Origin: Balanoglossus misakiensis
Taxonomy: Eukaryota > Animalia > Hemichordata
DNA length: 64,000 nucleotides
Assembly: GCA_040954595.2 (NCBI GenBank)
Contig: CM082597.2
Location: 9,331,778 to 9,395,777, forward strand
Direction: 5' to 3'
In this document: positions 1-13,463 of the stretch, piece after piece
Position numbering within the stretch: the stretch's first letter is position 1
Layout: each line of letters opens with the position of its first letter
Program-made: the position numbers and the translations under genes
Notes under the pieces: generated by a model
Told to the model about the DNA's origin: nothing
Databases searched by the model: none
The model's input: only the letters and a program-made list of their open reading frames with translations

Positions 1-213
1 ACCAATCCTAGCAATTACTACACATTAATTCCTCTTTTGCATATTTTACCATACGTGTGATTGTCTGGGTGTGGACAGTATTTCTCTGTATTTATACTTT
101 CACGTGAATATCTCTCCGTATCGAGAGGTGTATTCATGTTAATAAAAACTAAGATAATAGAACTGCATAAGCTTTTCCTCACTGCATCTGCAAACCACGT
201 GTTGTCCTTTCAG

Positions 214-2156
214 AGTCCGTTACCAATCAGATGGATGGCATTAGAATCGCTGATAGATGCTATATATACAACGCAGAGTGACGTGTGGTCTTATGGCGTG
301 GTGCTTTGGGAAATTGTTACATTAGGTAATTGGTTGAAATTGAAGTGAAATATATCGTTTGTTCCAAATGCATGAAATCTTTAGCTTGTATGTGCCGAAA
401 TTTAACAATTACCTGGTTAACATAACAAATAGAGATTGTCACCATTATCAGCATAGTGAAGTAACCGTTGTTTCAGTTTGCCATGTTTACTGATTTTATA
501 AAGTCATTCTCAATGACAGGGATAATGCAGTAAAAGCTATGTCTTTTATTAATTTGACAAAATTCCGTCCCCCGCGGTGACTGAAGTGTATGCTTGTTCA
601 CACTCTGACAACCGAAACCAATTTGGTATCTATACACGGTCAGTTTGAAGGGATTGTTTACGAAAGAATGTGTGATTTCATGATATTATCGATTGGCAGC
701 ACCAAGATTTATTAACCGCCGCTGATTAAAAAAATGTCCGTTTCCGGAAGAATGTAGCTTATGTCAAACTACAAATAGTTTCTGTCTTACTTTTTCGGTG
801 AACAAAACAAAGGACGAGAATACCTTTGTCACGATAACATAACTGTGCTTTACAAGAAACACTCTGTCAATCACCGTTTCCTCTCTTATTTTAATCTCTA
901 CCTGTGTAGGTTCAACGCCATATGGATCGCTGAGGACAAAAGAAATTATTAAGATTCTAAAACAAGGAAAGAGGATTGAGAAACCTGCACATTGTAGTCT
1001 AGACATGTGAGTGAAATATGCCTGATGATTTTTTTGATTTTCCGCCCTTTTCAAGTATTTCAAAATACACTTCTACTGCAGTTCTAACTGCGTTTTAAGT
1101 TTTCAGGGCTTGTGTCAATCTGTGAGGGCCCTTTTTTCTCGGCCAGCATGGCTACTTGAGTTGCGAGCTGTCCACCTCTTAAGTCCCTGACATAGTACAA
1201 CGAGCTCTTCATGAGATTTTGACATGTCGTCGCTATAATCCTAAAATTAGACACATAAAAACCAAATTTGCGTTTGCAAGATACTTCTCTATAGATTTAG
1301 AATGGTTTCCATGACTGTGATAGCGAGGAGGACATTGTGTTGTTGTTTTTGCATCGTGTCTTTTTTCCTTTTTAAATTATACAAATTGCCACCACAGGCA
1401 CGAAAAGAGGCCTCGATATAATTGTTGATATTGTCCGAGGACGTCAAACGTTTTTGACCGTCATTTTCAATCATGCTGCAGGTTCAAAAGTTTGAATTTG
1501 TGTGATATATTTAACGCGCCTTCTCCTCTTATCCTGTCGTCAGTTACAAACTAATGAAGGATTGCTGGCACAGATGTCCACAGCGGCGGCCGTCATTTTC
1601 AGCTCTGTGCGTCAGGATAGGTGACATCATTAAGCAATCATCTCAGGTATGTCATGCGCTGAGTATTGGGTATTGGGTATCGGAATTTTGTCAAGTTGAG
1701 TATAGGAGAATTCAGTGACACCTAGTTATACACAGGGCATGATTGATTGCCTTGGAATTTATGATTGCGTTTTATGACATATGCATTATAGCCAATACGC
1801 TAGGGTTTTTACTTGATTGGTGCTAACCACAAACGTATGGGAAAGGCGGCTGTTTTGACCATGCTGCTTACAATTTTGATCTTGTCCATCTTCAAGTTTT
1901 GACAGCGCCCTGTTCATCGGCAAAAAGATTAATTTAACAGTCCCCACTGTCTGATTGGTTAAAGGTTATCTAACTGCGATTGGTGATTATTGATAAAAGA
2001 GCCATTAAGGTTTGAAATTTAACAGTAGAGTTCAAAGAGGTCAAACTACAAACGTTAATATTTCCACCGTTCAACCTACAGGAACACCTGAACATGCAGG
2101 AGTTCGAAGACCACCTGTATGTGAACCTCGATTCAACATCGATTGAAAAGCTGTAA
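214..2156 (+). CDS. Receptor tyrosine kinase, last four coding exons (Cad96Ca/RET/FGFR-like); the 5' part lies upstream of the window
   Basis: Exons 214-325 ([38 protein letters not shown]), 910-1006 ([32 protein letters not shown]), 1544-1646 ([21 protein letters not shown]) and 2082-2156 ([24 protein letters not shown]). All have AG/GT boundaries in compatible phases and cover kinase subdomains VIII-XI. The tail resembles my recollection of the Cad96Ca/Stitcher C-terminus. Confidence 0.93.
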
Positions 2157-3007
2157 AATGGGACATGGTGCCGGAAAGTTGGCTTTTGTTGCTATATGGT
2201 TCAGAAACTTCAAGGTCACGTGAAACTGTTGTTGGCAACAATGAGGAGTACAGAAATACTCAAGGAGAAGCTGATCGTCGCCGCTCGAACTGTGAAACAA
2301 GACCATGTGGCCGCCGTTACTAAAAATGCAATGATCGTGCACCGAACCACAGTCTCTGCACCAACAAGTTTGTACATATATTGCGTGGTATCACGTAAAA
2401 GAATGTTAAAAAGAACAAATACAAATATTTGTTTTACTTTTATTACTTAAATTTAAAATGTTCTCACTAATACATTCTATTGTATAAGTGAGAGCTGAGT
2501 ATGTTGTGAATGCATGTTGAGTTGCATGACTGAGCACTGTGTCTTTTAAGTGGAAACCTACATGTATTCTGGAGCTATTCTTCCAAATCTGTGTTTTACT
2601 ATCGTGCTGCACGGATTTATCGATGTGGTTGCTGGATGATACGATCTAGCTGACCACTTCACTCCGCATACCCCCCATAAACAACTTGAACCCCATATAT
2701 TTCAGTTTCGGTTGTGGAGACCCATTTGAAATAAATACGCCGAAAATGGACAATAGCGGCGTCTGTAAAATGAAGGCGTGATGTCATTCTTGCTACTGAT
2801 GACATTTATACCATCTGATGAGGTCAAAGATCCCGTGCTTTCTTGGGTGATGCAATACTGTAGATGACCCCCATACGCTGTCGTTCAGCCTGGTTTCAAC
2901 CAATTGCGACGAAGCATATAACTTTGCAGTCACACTTATTTTTCACGCATAATTAATGCAATTTTGGACACAAGTTTCCAGAAATCCTTCTGGCTAACTC
3001 TGCAGAC

Positions 3008-5990
3008 ATGGTGGGTACCAAAACGATTTTGCCAAACTGTGTTGTTTTTCTCATGGCCACAGGTAAGCACGTCTTTGATATTTTTTGTTTAGCGCAAACA
3101 TTTCCCATTTTGCTTTTTCCGATTCTACTTTTTAACACGCTTGGAACTACTTAGCGATAACAGTATCTTGCAAACAGCCTGAATATTTCACCTTCTTAGA
3201 TATCATTGTAAAAACGCGATAAAAAATAATCAATTTGCAAAAATGTCAATGTAGTTTCATAGAATTCAGATGATTTATAGTTTTAACGATCACAAAATAT
3301 TTCCATGTGTACGTGTTAGATGTGAAAAATGACCACTGTTGAACTTACATTTTTGCCTAAAATGGAAAAAGAGTCATAAACGGGAAAACAGTATACCGAC
3401 TAAGATTTCGTTTTATGATCATTTCGTGATGGTTGCAAATTTGCTAACTGAAGCGGTGAAAATTGAGATTTTAATTTGGGATCTGTGGTGATCTGTTCCG
3501 ATATGAAATGGTTAAACGTGCCTCGCGCGGATTACAAGTCTTAATGCATTAGATTATGATGGCTTGTGAGTCGACAACTCAATAATAGCCTTTATAGTTC
3601 CTGTTTATATCGACAGAAACCATTGTTGTCAATTGTTTCGATCACGCCACCTTGTTGGCTGATGCAATCACCATGTTTTGTACCTGCACGGATTTTAAGG
3701 TCAATTTATTGAGCGATGCAGACTTTGCTCTGGCCCAGGGCTCTGCCTTATATGGGACTGGCCTGGATGTATACGTCATTGCGCACGTCTCGTATGCATA
3801 CGTGGGTGAATAGGAATTGTTCAAGTATTTGTTTTACATTCAAGAAAAGAGTCTGAATACGACGACCAATCAACAAAATTTTCCATGATTAGTATAACAA
3901 AATATGAATCACGTTGTTAGTAGTGTTGACATGGCCAACTCATTTTGATGGATCAGTACAGTCAACGTCGGTGAAATTATAATCGTAAATCATGCGTTTT
4001 TGTCTTGTTTCTTTTCAGTGACATTTGCTGATGAAGCCGAGAAACTCAGTCGGACGGTGTGCGTCTGCCTCGACAGAGATGCAACCATTGCCTGTCCCGT
4101 TGAACCAGGTAATCACGACAAGTTGACCATGGGGAGATGGACGTTAGCGGAGGAACATAGTTTTATCGCACAAAAATCCTCGGATGGGTTTTCAAAATAC
4201 ATTGATCCAGACAAGTATGTCATAGAAGACATGCCTTCACTGACTGTCAGAAGAATGGCGCTTTCTGATGAGACTGACTATCGGTGTTTAGTGACAGTAG
4301 AGTCGCCTAATAGCAACCCACATGAATCGACGCAGTTGACAGGTGTCGCCCACTTGCGTGTATGTGGTAAGTTCACATCTCGTACTCGCAGCCGCAGATG
4401 TGACGACACACACCGCGTTTAGTATTGTAGTCAAGCAATGTCACGTTACGCGACTATGACATTAATGAGCGGAAAAACGCTAAGATATATGTACGTAAAA
4501 CGGTTACAAGAAGAGCTACCGTCAAGCCTATTGTATATATGTTTATTTTGGAGATACATTTTATTGTTTTTCCACTTCTTTTCCAGCCCCAGTCCGCATG
4601 CGCTTATATCATCTTGTGACATCGGACCGCAGTGATCAAATTCATGATGTGAACAACTCCACCGTCAAAGTGGTCTCCGCAGTGACGTTGACAGCGATTT
4701 GTTTTGTGAACTCAAGCAGTCCGGCCACAAATGTTTCGTGGCTTTTCAACGACCAAGTGCTTTCGGCAATTGACGTCATCTCTATCCAGACGGAGTCAGT
4801 AGAAGTGGGCCCAGACTACAACATAACCAGCAACCTAACGATAGCTAAGACTGACGAGAGGCATTCTGGGACGTATACGTGCGTAGCGAAACATGATTGC
4901 ATGGAGCAAAATGCAAAAATGTCGTTTACTGCCGATTTACGAACAGGTGCAGGTAACTCATTATACACATGATGACTGACAATGAGGGCAACAGTGTATT
5001 TAGATGACTGAGCTCGAGGGCGCTGCTAGTCACAACTAAAACAGACTGTTTTGGTGTGACTGGCAGTCCCGAGGTCATCAAAAATACACTGATGCCCGAA
5101 TGTCAGTCGTCATGTGTTTTATAACACACCAAACACGACACACACCACATCCAGGCAACAGTACCGGGCGGAAACCGATCGAAGCCCCAGGGAACAGTTC
5201 GAAATGACTAAGGTCACGTGATGGCGTATTGACGAATCACGATCGAGGGTTCGCTGCATGGTGTGTTATAATCTCCAGTTGTAGACTGTTGTAGACGTTG
5301 CAATCGCTTACACAAAAAAACAAAGTCGTTCTTGTACAAGTGCCATGTAGCCGAGATATCTCCGAGCGGAGATAACATTTACCACTATGCCCTTATTGAT
5401 TTTCAGGTGAATACACTAACAGTACGAGTGTGCAGATATGCATGTACATAATAATCGGTGCTGGGTGTATTGTGGTAACAGTAGTAGTCGTCACAGTGAC
5501 ATGTCGCATGACAGTTGTGTGGAAAACACGGAAAACAAAGAAAAATGTAAGTTCAATGTTTGTTACAGGTTTGTCAAAAAGGGCCCGTGGCCGTGAACTT
5601 CATCATTTCCTCCTCCTCCTACCCTCCCACCGTCACCATTTATATATATGTCTTTGTTTTTTATCTTTTCTCAAGGACAATGCCGAGGGAAGAATGGGTG
5701 TCGCCGGAAAGGGACTGAAGCATGATGAGAGTCAACGTACAGAGAATGGTTACAGTATGTTCGATGCCTTACACTGTTGATGGTTTTGTAAATTTGTGGC
5801 TATTAAAAAAAATATACCTGTCTATCTATCTGTCTGTCTGCCTTATCTGCCTATATTGATCATTAAACATTTCCTTCCTCCACAGCACCTCTACCTGCCA
5901 GTCCGTGAGCTGTCTAGCATTGGACATAATGGTGAACCAGAGACAGCAAAAGAGACTCACTCAATTTATACAGGAAATGCAAGTGACTGA
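3008..5990 (+). CDS. Type-I transmembrane immunoglobulin-superfamily protein (signal peptide, V-like Ig, C2/I-like Ig, TM helix, short cytoplasmic tail)
   Basis: Exons 3008-3062 (MVGTKTILPNCVVFLMAT, phase 1), 4019-4366 (IACP...GRW...DETDYRC), 4587-4952 (AICF...VSWLFN...HSGTYTC), 5407-5546 (TM helix then KTRKTKK), 5676-~5754 and ~5886-5990. Phase-1 Ig exons are typical of the family. The frame of the last exon is uncertain. Confidence 0.85.
4961..5271. mobile_element. Non-autonomous palindromic (double-hairpin) repeat in an Ig-gene intron
   Basis: ACACATGATGACTGACA (~4965) is inverted against TGTCAGTCGTCATGTGT (~5101), with further inner complementarity. TTATAACACACC (5119-5130) is the exact reverse complement of GGTGTGTTATAA (5260-5271). 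Confidence 0.6.
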
Positions 5991-7077
5991 GCATTATGAT
6001 GCTTATTCCACCGGCCGCATATTATTTATATCGCGTCAAGTTCGTCCGTTCTCCGCAAGCGGATAGTGCAAACCAAACTTTCCGGGCTAGAAACTGTTAG
6101 CTACTGAAATTAGATCGCAGCCGCAGAACACCACACATTGATTCGAGGAAAGCTGCCATGAACATGATGAATGGCGTATCATTTGTGGAATCTTAATTTT
6201 ACATTTAGCAATGTATGCACTTTTTACAAAGAAATATGTTGGTACCTAATATTTGAATCAAGTGCTGTCGCACTGTATTGATAGACAACGACGCTTTATT
6301 TCACCGTAAAACAAATAAACTTTAAACCCTTGCGTGACCTCCAATGACCTTAGAGATGATTAATATAATTTTTGCACGTAGCTTTGAAATTTTCAAGACG
6401 AAGAAATCAGTAAAAGGTCGATATTTTCCCTCTGAGAGCTATACTTAGTTGTGTGCTTTTTACCCCGCCCCTCCCTCTTCCACCAGAGGGATGTCTATTT
6501 ACTTACCTCAACTATGGAACACCACCAACCGGGATAGTGAGATCCTCCCACCGGGCTTCTGTGCAACCAGGTACATTAAACTCTTGGCGTGTCCCAATAA
6601 TACATTATGATTCCAAGTTCAAAGTATAGTGTTCCTGGACAGCAGATATGTGAAACTGCGCGTTTGTACTTGACCATGATGTCAGCGAAAAGCAAATTAG
6701 GCATATTCAGTGAAAATTCCCACTGCGTCAGGCTCTCGTACACTTTTCAGACTGTAGAAATTATACGCTTATTGATTAAACGACACTACGTCATGGGTAC
6801 GCCTCCTATCCGACAAAGGCATTGTTTTTGTTGGGTCACTGGGTCCATGTTTCGATACGCGGCTACGCTAGGAGATAAAGCTATGCTAGGTGGATATATC
6901 AACAACACAGTGCAATAATGACTCCTGTAACACTAGCATAAGGTCAGAGTTCATGTAAACGCTCGTTTGAATGGGCCAGTACAGTCCACACTGGTGTTTT
7001 TGTGTACTCGTGTAGCTTCTGTAGTTTACATTAAAATATTTAGTCTAGCGATTGAGACGGTGAAATGGTCGGATATT

Positions 7078-8102
7078 AGCCGACCGGTGCTGGAGGAACA
7101 TCAAAACCCAGCTGCAGTGAGCATCTGATAATGGTGATGAATACGATGCTGACCGTACTCTCTGCAGTCCAAAATGGGAAAGCCGATAATGGTGTCGATG
7201 AAACAAAGAGAAAAATCGACGAACAGGACAAGAAGATCGACAGACTGACCAGCGAGTCGAAGAACATGGAGACAGAAATGCAGGCACTCAAAGAAAATCT
7301 GAAGAAAACAGCGATTGTTGAGAACAACCTTACTCTAAACGGTTTCAAGACATCCCTAGAAAAAAAACCCGGTCGGATTTTGAGACTCTCGGTAACAAAC
7401 AGACGGTTTTACAGACCAAAGTGTCGACTTACGAGGGAATCGTAGCTGTCTTAAATAATCAGATTGAGGAGCTAGGATCGCATGAGGTGGAAAAGAGCAA
7501 ACGGAAGGAAAGTGAGAAGATTGTAGAATTGGAACGCAAAGTCCAAGCACAGGACAGAATTATAGGAGCGTTGAAGGATGTGGCTTTGGCTGAGAAGGAC
7601 CTGAGAATACAATCTTTAGAGACGGCTTCATATGATGGTGTTTTACTTTGGAAAATTTCGGATATAACAAAAAAGCGCCGAGATGCAGTCTCGGGTAAAA
7701 CCGTCTCCATTTATTCCCCGTGTTTCTACACAAGTCGCCATGGCTACAAGATGTGCGCCCGCATCTACCTGAATGGCGACGGTATGGGCAAAGGTTATCC
7801 AGTGTCTGTCTTTTTCGTCGTCATGAAGGGCCAGTATGACGCCCTCTTGAGATGGCCCTTCCGCCAGAAGGTAACCATGTGCAGTGGATCTATCAGAATA
7901 ACAGGGAACATGTGATCGATGCTTTCAGACCGGATCCGTCATCGTCTTCTTTCAGATGACCGACACAAGATATGAACATCGTTAGTGGGTGTCCTCAGAT
8001 CTGTTAATGCCACTGTCGCAACTGGACAGTCCCAGACACGCCTACGTGAAAGATGATGAAGCATTTCTGAAAGCAATTATGGATACGAGTGATTTCATTT
8101 AA
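7078..8102 (+). pseudogene. TRAF1/2-like pseudogene, terminal exon (coiled coil and MATH), copy 1
   Basis: Motifs STYEGIVAVLN, LETASYDGVLLWKI, HGYKMCARIYLNGDGMG, DAFRPDPSSSSF and HAYVKDD are split by frameshifts (~7100, ~7370, ~7880, ~8000) and an in-frame TGA (~7957). No RING or zinc-finger exons were found upstream. Confidence 0.92.
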
Positions 8103-8754
8103 CAAGGTGATTAAAAAGAAAGCTAGCATTTTATTGTGCTTCAGTCTGTAAGGCTGTGAGCTGGAAATAATTTTCTTCGAAACGAAAACACTGTGTAATC
8201 CTCTAAGGATAAATACACTTACTTTGGAAGATAAAGGTATTTTTTAAGTTATTGCCAATACCTGAGATATGTTACAGTATTTGCAATGCAAACTTGTGTA
8301 TACATGTACATGTATTCTATGTTCTATTCAGTGCGGAGACGAGGGGATTTAATAATTTAAGATGAGAGCGGTTGTGCTGTGACAATGAAGTGAGTGACAG
8401 ATTCTTTAATTTTAACAGCCATTTTTTTTTTTTGCATGATACCATGCACAATAGTTATCATAATCAAGCCGAAATTATCGTTTTGTAAGAGTTTATTTAT
8501 ATGAAGGTGTATTTCTTTCAATATATAAAATAAGCACGTACAATACAAATTACTATATATCGTGTTATTGTCATGTACGTGATGTATTCAAATATGAGAA
8601 ATAAATCTGGAGAGTGACAACGCATTCGATCTCTACGAAAAGCTTACAATGCACCGTGATCAAAGTCTACAGGGAATTTGGTCTGCAAAAGCATTAGTGC
8701 GCGTATCCCCCGTGGCCTATTTAAATAATTGTGAGCATGCGCAGTGCTCAGATT

Positions 8755-8764
8755 GGAAATCCCC
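8755..8764. promoter_or_regulatory. Candidate NF-kB site GGAAATCCCC (duplicated at 12577-12586)
   Basis: Reverse complement GGGGATTTCC fits GGGRNWYYCC. A TATTTAAAT box and a CATGCGCA motif lie nearby, about 1 kb upstream of the death-fold exon. Function is inferred. Confidence 0.45.
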
Positions 8765-9776
8765 TATTTGATCAGTGTCTATATTTATCTAGAGGAATGT
8801 GTTGACCTTTTGTGCGGTTTTACGCTCTTTGCTAGAGGGTTGTCCGACACAGTCATCAGTGTAAGTACTCTTTTTCTCTCTCATCGTGGTAGATGACCTA
8901 TCTATAACCGGATTTACTGCTTTCGATGTACATGTACTGTCCCCGTAGCAGATTACAAAGCGTTTACAAAGTGTAATGGTGTAATTCGCCTCGTAAAATA
9001 CAAGTAGGCCTAACTTGGCATTGGCATTTTCACCGTGACTACACAGCGACCATATCTGAGTCATTTGAAAGGTACCAAAGAGTGATACACTCAGCGGACG
9101 GTGAGACTCAGACTACGTTGACTTCTCCCTTATTGTTCACCTTGAAGCAGGTGTCGGCAAGACAGTCTGGTTCACCGCCGGGCCTACACAGCACAGCTCA
9201 GCCCACGTCTAATACTTTTCTTTGTCTGGCTCTGCCCAAGATGGCGTGGGTCATTGTCCGAAAGTGTAAAGGAATTAGCTAATGGTACATATGCGGCTTA
9301 ATTGAGGGTTGAGCGAAAAATCAACCCATAACTTTTCAGTTCCTTGTGACTCATGCAGTCCCTGAACGTTTTGCCGTCAAAATGAGGACTGAAAATCGAA
9401 TGTCGTAAGAACCGTGACATCATTTTATAGTGGGCTTCAGAAGTTGAACTACAGTAAGGAGGCTTTAAATTTACATAGGTGGGGTGGTTACCTGTACCTC
9501 TGATGTGTCAATCATTTGGAGTGGGTGTATTTAAAATATTAGAGCTAGCATTTGTGAAACTGTGCTTCCCGACGATGTAATACTGTTTGTTTTGTTCACA
9601 CCAGGTAAACATAACAAGCTTACACGATGACCACAACATATCTAGATATTTTGTAATTGTTATGGAAATCCTCGTCGATGATGAGAGGCAACTTCGAGGT
9701 TACACACTGTCTCCTTTACCATTACATTCGTAATTTTCCATACAGAAAAAACGCTTCAGGAACGCAAGCTTGCGGC

Positions 9777-9934
9777 ATGGAGAATGCCACAGAAGTCTGC
9801 CGTCAGCGACTGTCTAGCATATTCGACGAGCTCACAGCGGACGACCTTGAGAAGGTGAAGGTGTATCTGCGCGGCCAAGGAATACCCTGGGGACCCGTGA
9901 ACTCACTAAACTTATCGAGCGAGTTTGCCAACAT
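9777..9934 (+). pseudogene. Truncated copy of the PYD-like exon, cut by the duplication breakpoint
   Basis: MENATEVCRQRLSSIFDELT...SSEFANI is identical to the exon at 15250, then runs into the start of duplication copy 2. Confidence 0.9.
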
Positions 9935-10901
9935 TAGATCGCAGCCGCAGAACACCACACATTGATTCGAGGAAAGCTGCCATGAACATGATGAATGGCG
10001 TATCATTTGTGGAATCTTAATTTTACATTTAGCAATGTATGCACTTTTTACAAAGAAATATGTTGGTACCTAATATTTGAATCAAGTGCTGTCGCACTGT
10101 ATTGATAGACAACGACGCTTTATTTCACCGTAAAACAAATAAACTTTAAACCCTTGCGTGACCTCCAATGACCTTAGAGATGATTAATATAATTTTTGCA
10201 CGTAGCTTTGAAATTTTCAAGACGAAGAAATCAGTAAAAGGTCGATATTTTCCCTCTGAGAGCTATACTTAGTTGTGTGCTTTTTACCCCGCCCCTCCCT
10301 CTTCCACCAGAGGGATGTCTATTTACTTACCTCAACTATGGAACACCACCAACCGGGATAGTGAGATCCTCCCACCGGGCTTCTGTGCAACCAGGTACAT
10401 TAAACTCTTGGCGTGTCCCAATAATACATTATGATTCCAAGTTCAAAGTATAGTGTTCCTGGACAGCAGATATGTGAAACTGCGCGTTTGTACTTGACCA
10501 TGATGTCAGCGAAAAGCAAATTAGGCATATTCAGTGAAAATTCCCACTGCGTCAGGCTCTCGTACACTTTTCAGACTGTAGAAATTATACGCTTATTGAT
10601 TAAACGACACTACGTCATGGGTACGCCTCCTATCCGACAAAGGCATTGTTTTTGTTGGGTCACTGGGTCCATGTTTCGATACGCGGCTACGCTAGGAGAT
10701 AAAGCTATGCTAGGTGGATATATCAACAACACAGTGCAATAATGACTCCTGTAACACTAGCATAAGGTCAGAGTTCATGTAAACGCTCGTTTGAATGGGC
10801 CAGTACAGTCCACACTGGTGTTTTTGTGTACTCGTGTAGCTTCTGTAGTTTACATTAAAATATTTAGTCTAGCGATTGAGACGGTGAAATGGTCGGATAT
10901 T

Positions 10902-11926
10902 AGCCGACCGGTGCTGGAGGAACATCAAAACCCAGCTGCAGTGAGCATCTGATAATGGTGATGAATACGATGCTGACCGTACTCTCTGCAGTCCAAAATG
11001 GGAAAGCCGATAATGGTGTCGATGAAACAAAGAGAAAAATCGACGAACAGGACAAGAAGATCGACAGACTGACCAGCGAGTCGAAGAACATGGAGACAGA
11101 AATGCAGGCACTCAAAGAAAATCTGAAGAAAACAGCGATTGTTGAGAACAACCTTACTCTAAACGGTTTCAAGACATCCCTAGAAAAAAAACCCGGTCGG
11201 ATTTTGAGACTCTCGGTAACAAACAGACGGTTTTACAGACCAAAGTGTCGACTTACGAGGGAATCGTAGCTGTCTTAAATAAACAGATTGAGGAGCTAGG
11301 ATCGCATGAGGTGGAAAAGAGCAAACGGAAGGAAAGTGAGAAGATTGTAGAATTGGAACGCAAAGTCCAAGCACAGGACAGAATTATAGGAGCGTTGAAG
11401 GATGTGGCTTTGGCTGAGAAGGACCTGAGAATACAATCTTTAGAGACGGCTTCATATGATGGTGTTTTACTTTGGAAAATTTCGGATATAACAAAAAAGC
11501 GCCGAGATGCAGTCTCGGGTAAAACCGTCTCCATTTATTCCCCGTGTTTCTACACAAGTCGCCATGGCTACAAGATGTGCGCCCGCATCTACCTGAATGG
11601 CGACGGTATGGGCAAAGGTTATCCAGTGTCTGTCTTTTTCGTCGTCATGAAGGGCCAGTATGACGCCCTCTTGAGATGGCCCTTCCGCCAGAAGGTAACC
11701 ATGTGCAGTGGATCTATCAGAATAACAGGGAACATGTGATCGATGCTTTCAGACCGGATCCGTCATCGTCTTCTTTCAGATGACCGACACAAGATATGAA
11801 CATCGTTAGTGGGTGTCCTCAGATCTGTTAATGCCACTGTCGCAACTGGACAGTCCCAGACACGCCTACGTGAAAGATGATGAAGCATTTCTGAAAGCAA
11901 TTATGGATACGAGTGATTTCATTTAA
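10902..11926 (+). pseudogene. TRAF1/2-like pseudogene, copy 2
   Basis: Carries the same lesions as 7078-8102 at offset 3824, so the gene was already disrupted before the duplication. Confidence 0.92.
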
Positions 11927-12576
11927 CAAGGTGATTAAAAAGAAAGCTAGCATTTTATTGTGCTTCAGTCTGTAAGGCTGTGAGCTGGAAATAATTTTCT
12001 TCGAAACGAAAACACTGTGTAATCCTCTAAGGATAAATACACTTACTTTGGAAGATAAAGGTATTTTTTAAGTTATTGCCAATACCTGAGATATGTTACA
12101 GTATTTGCAATGCAAACTTGTGTATACATGTACATGTATTCTATGTTCTATTCAGTGCGGAGACGAGGGGATTTAATAATTTAAGATGAGAGCGGTTGTG
12201 CTGTGACAATGAAGTGAGTGACAAATTCTTTAATTTTAACAGCCATTTTTTTTTTGCATGATACCATGCACAATAGTTATCATAATCAAGCCGAAATTAT
12301 CGTTTTGTAAGAGTTTATTTATATGAAGGTGTATTTCTTTCAATATATAAAATAAGCACGTACAATACAAATTACTATATATCGTGTTATTGTCATGTAC
12401 GTGATGTATTCAAATATGAGAAATAAATCTGGAGAGTGACAACGCATTCGATCTCTACGAAAAGCTTACAATGCACCGTGATCAAAGTCTACAGGGAATT
12501 TGGTCTGCAAAAGCATTAGTGCGCGTATCCCCCGTGGCCTATTTAAATAATTGTGAGCATGCGCAGTGCTCAGATT

Positions 12577-12586
12577 GGAAATCCCC
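12577..12586. promoter_or_regulatory. Candidate NF-kB site upstream of the PYD-like/TRAF gene
   Basis: GGAAATCCCC in duplication copy 2. Confidence 0.45.
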
Positions 12587-13463
12587 TATTTGATCAGTGT
12601 CTATATTTATCTAGAGGAATGTGTGACCTTTTGTGCGGTTTTACGCTCTTTGCTAGAGGGTTGTCCGACACAGTCATCAGTGTAAGTACTCTTTTTCTCT
12701 CTCATCGTGGTAGATGACCTATCTATAACCGGATTTACTGCTTTCGATGTACATGTACTGTCCCCGTAGCAGATTACAAAGCGTTTACAAAGTGTAATGG
12801 TGTAATTCGCCTCGTAAAATACAAGTAGGCCTAACTTGGCATTGGCATTTTCACCGTGACTACACAGCGACCATATCTGAGTCATTTGAAAGGTACCAAA
12901 GAGTGATACACTCAGCGGACGGTGAGACTCAGACTACGTTGACTTCTCCCTTATTGTTCACCTTGAAGCAGGTGTCGGCAAGACAGTCTGGTTCACCGCC
13001 GGGCCTACACAGCACAGCTCAGCCCACGTCTAATACTTTTCTTTGTCTGGCTCTGCCCAAGATGGCGTGGGTCATTGTCCGAAAGTGTAAAGGAATTAGC
13101 TAATGGTACATATGCGGCTTAATTGAGGGTTGAGCGAAAAATCAACCCATAACTTTTCAGTTCCTTGTGACTCATGCAGTCCCTGAACGTTTTGCCGTCA
13201 AAATGAGGACTGAAAATCGAATGTCGTAAGAACCGTGACATCATTTTATAGTGGGCTTCAGAAGATGAACTACAGTAAGGAGGCTTTAAATTTACATAGG
13301 TGGGGTGGTACCCGTACCTCTGGTGTGTCAATCATTTGGAGTGGGTGTATTTAAAATATTAGAGCTAGCATTTGTGAAACTGTGCTTCCCGACGATGTAA
13401 TACTGTTTGTTTTGTTCACACCAGGTAAACATAACAAGCTTACACGATGACCACAACATATCT

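Larger units (their letters stand above)
6109..9932 (+). repeat. Copy 1 of a 3,824-bp tandem segmental duplication
   Basis: Sequence from 6109 (ATTAGATCGCAGCC) recurs at 9933. ORFs repeat at offset 3824 (6607/10431, 7421/11245). Only scattered SNPs and small indels differ. Confidence 0.97.

Noticed and set aside
6607-6918. 103-aa ORF duplicated at 10431
   Set aside because: No motif or splice support; it is repeated only because of the segmental duplication.
7421-7915. 164-aa ORF as a functional short TRAF
   Set aside because: Non-ATG start and frameshifts on both sides that truncate the MATH domain.
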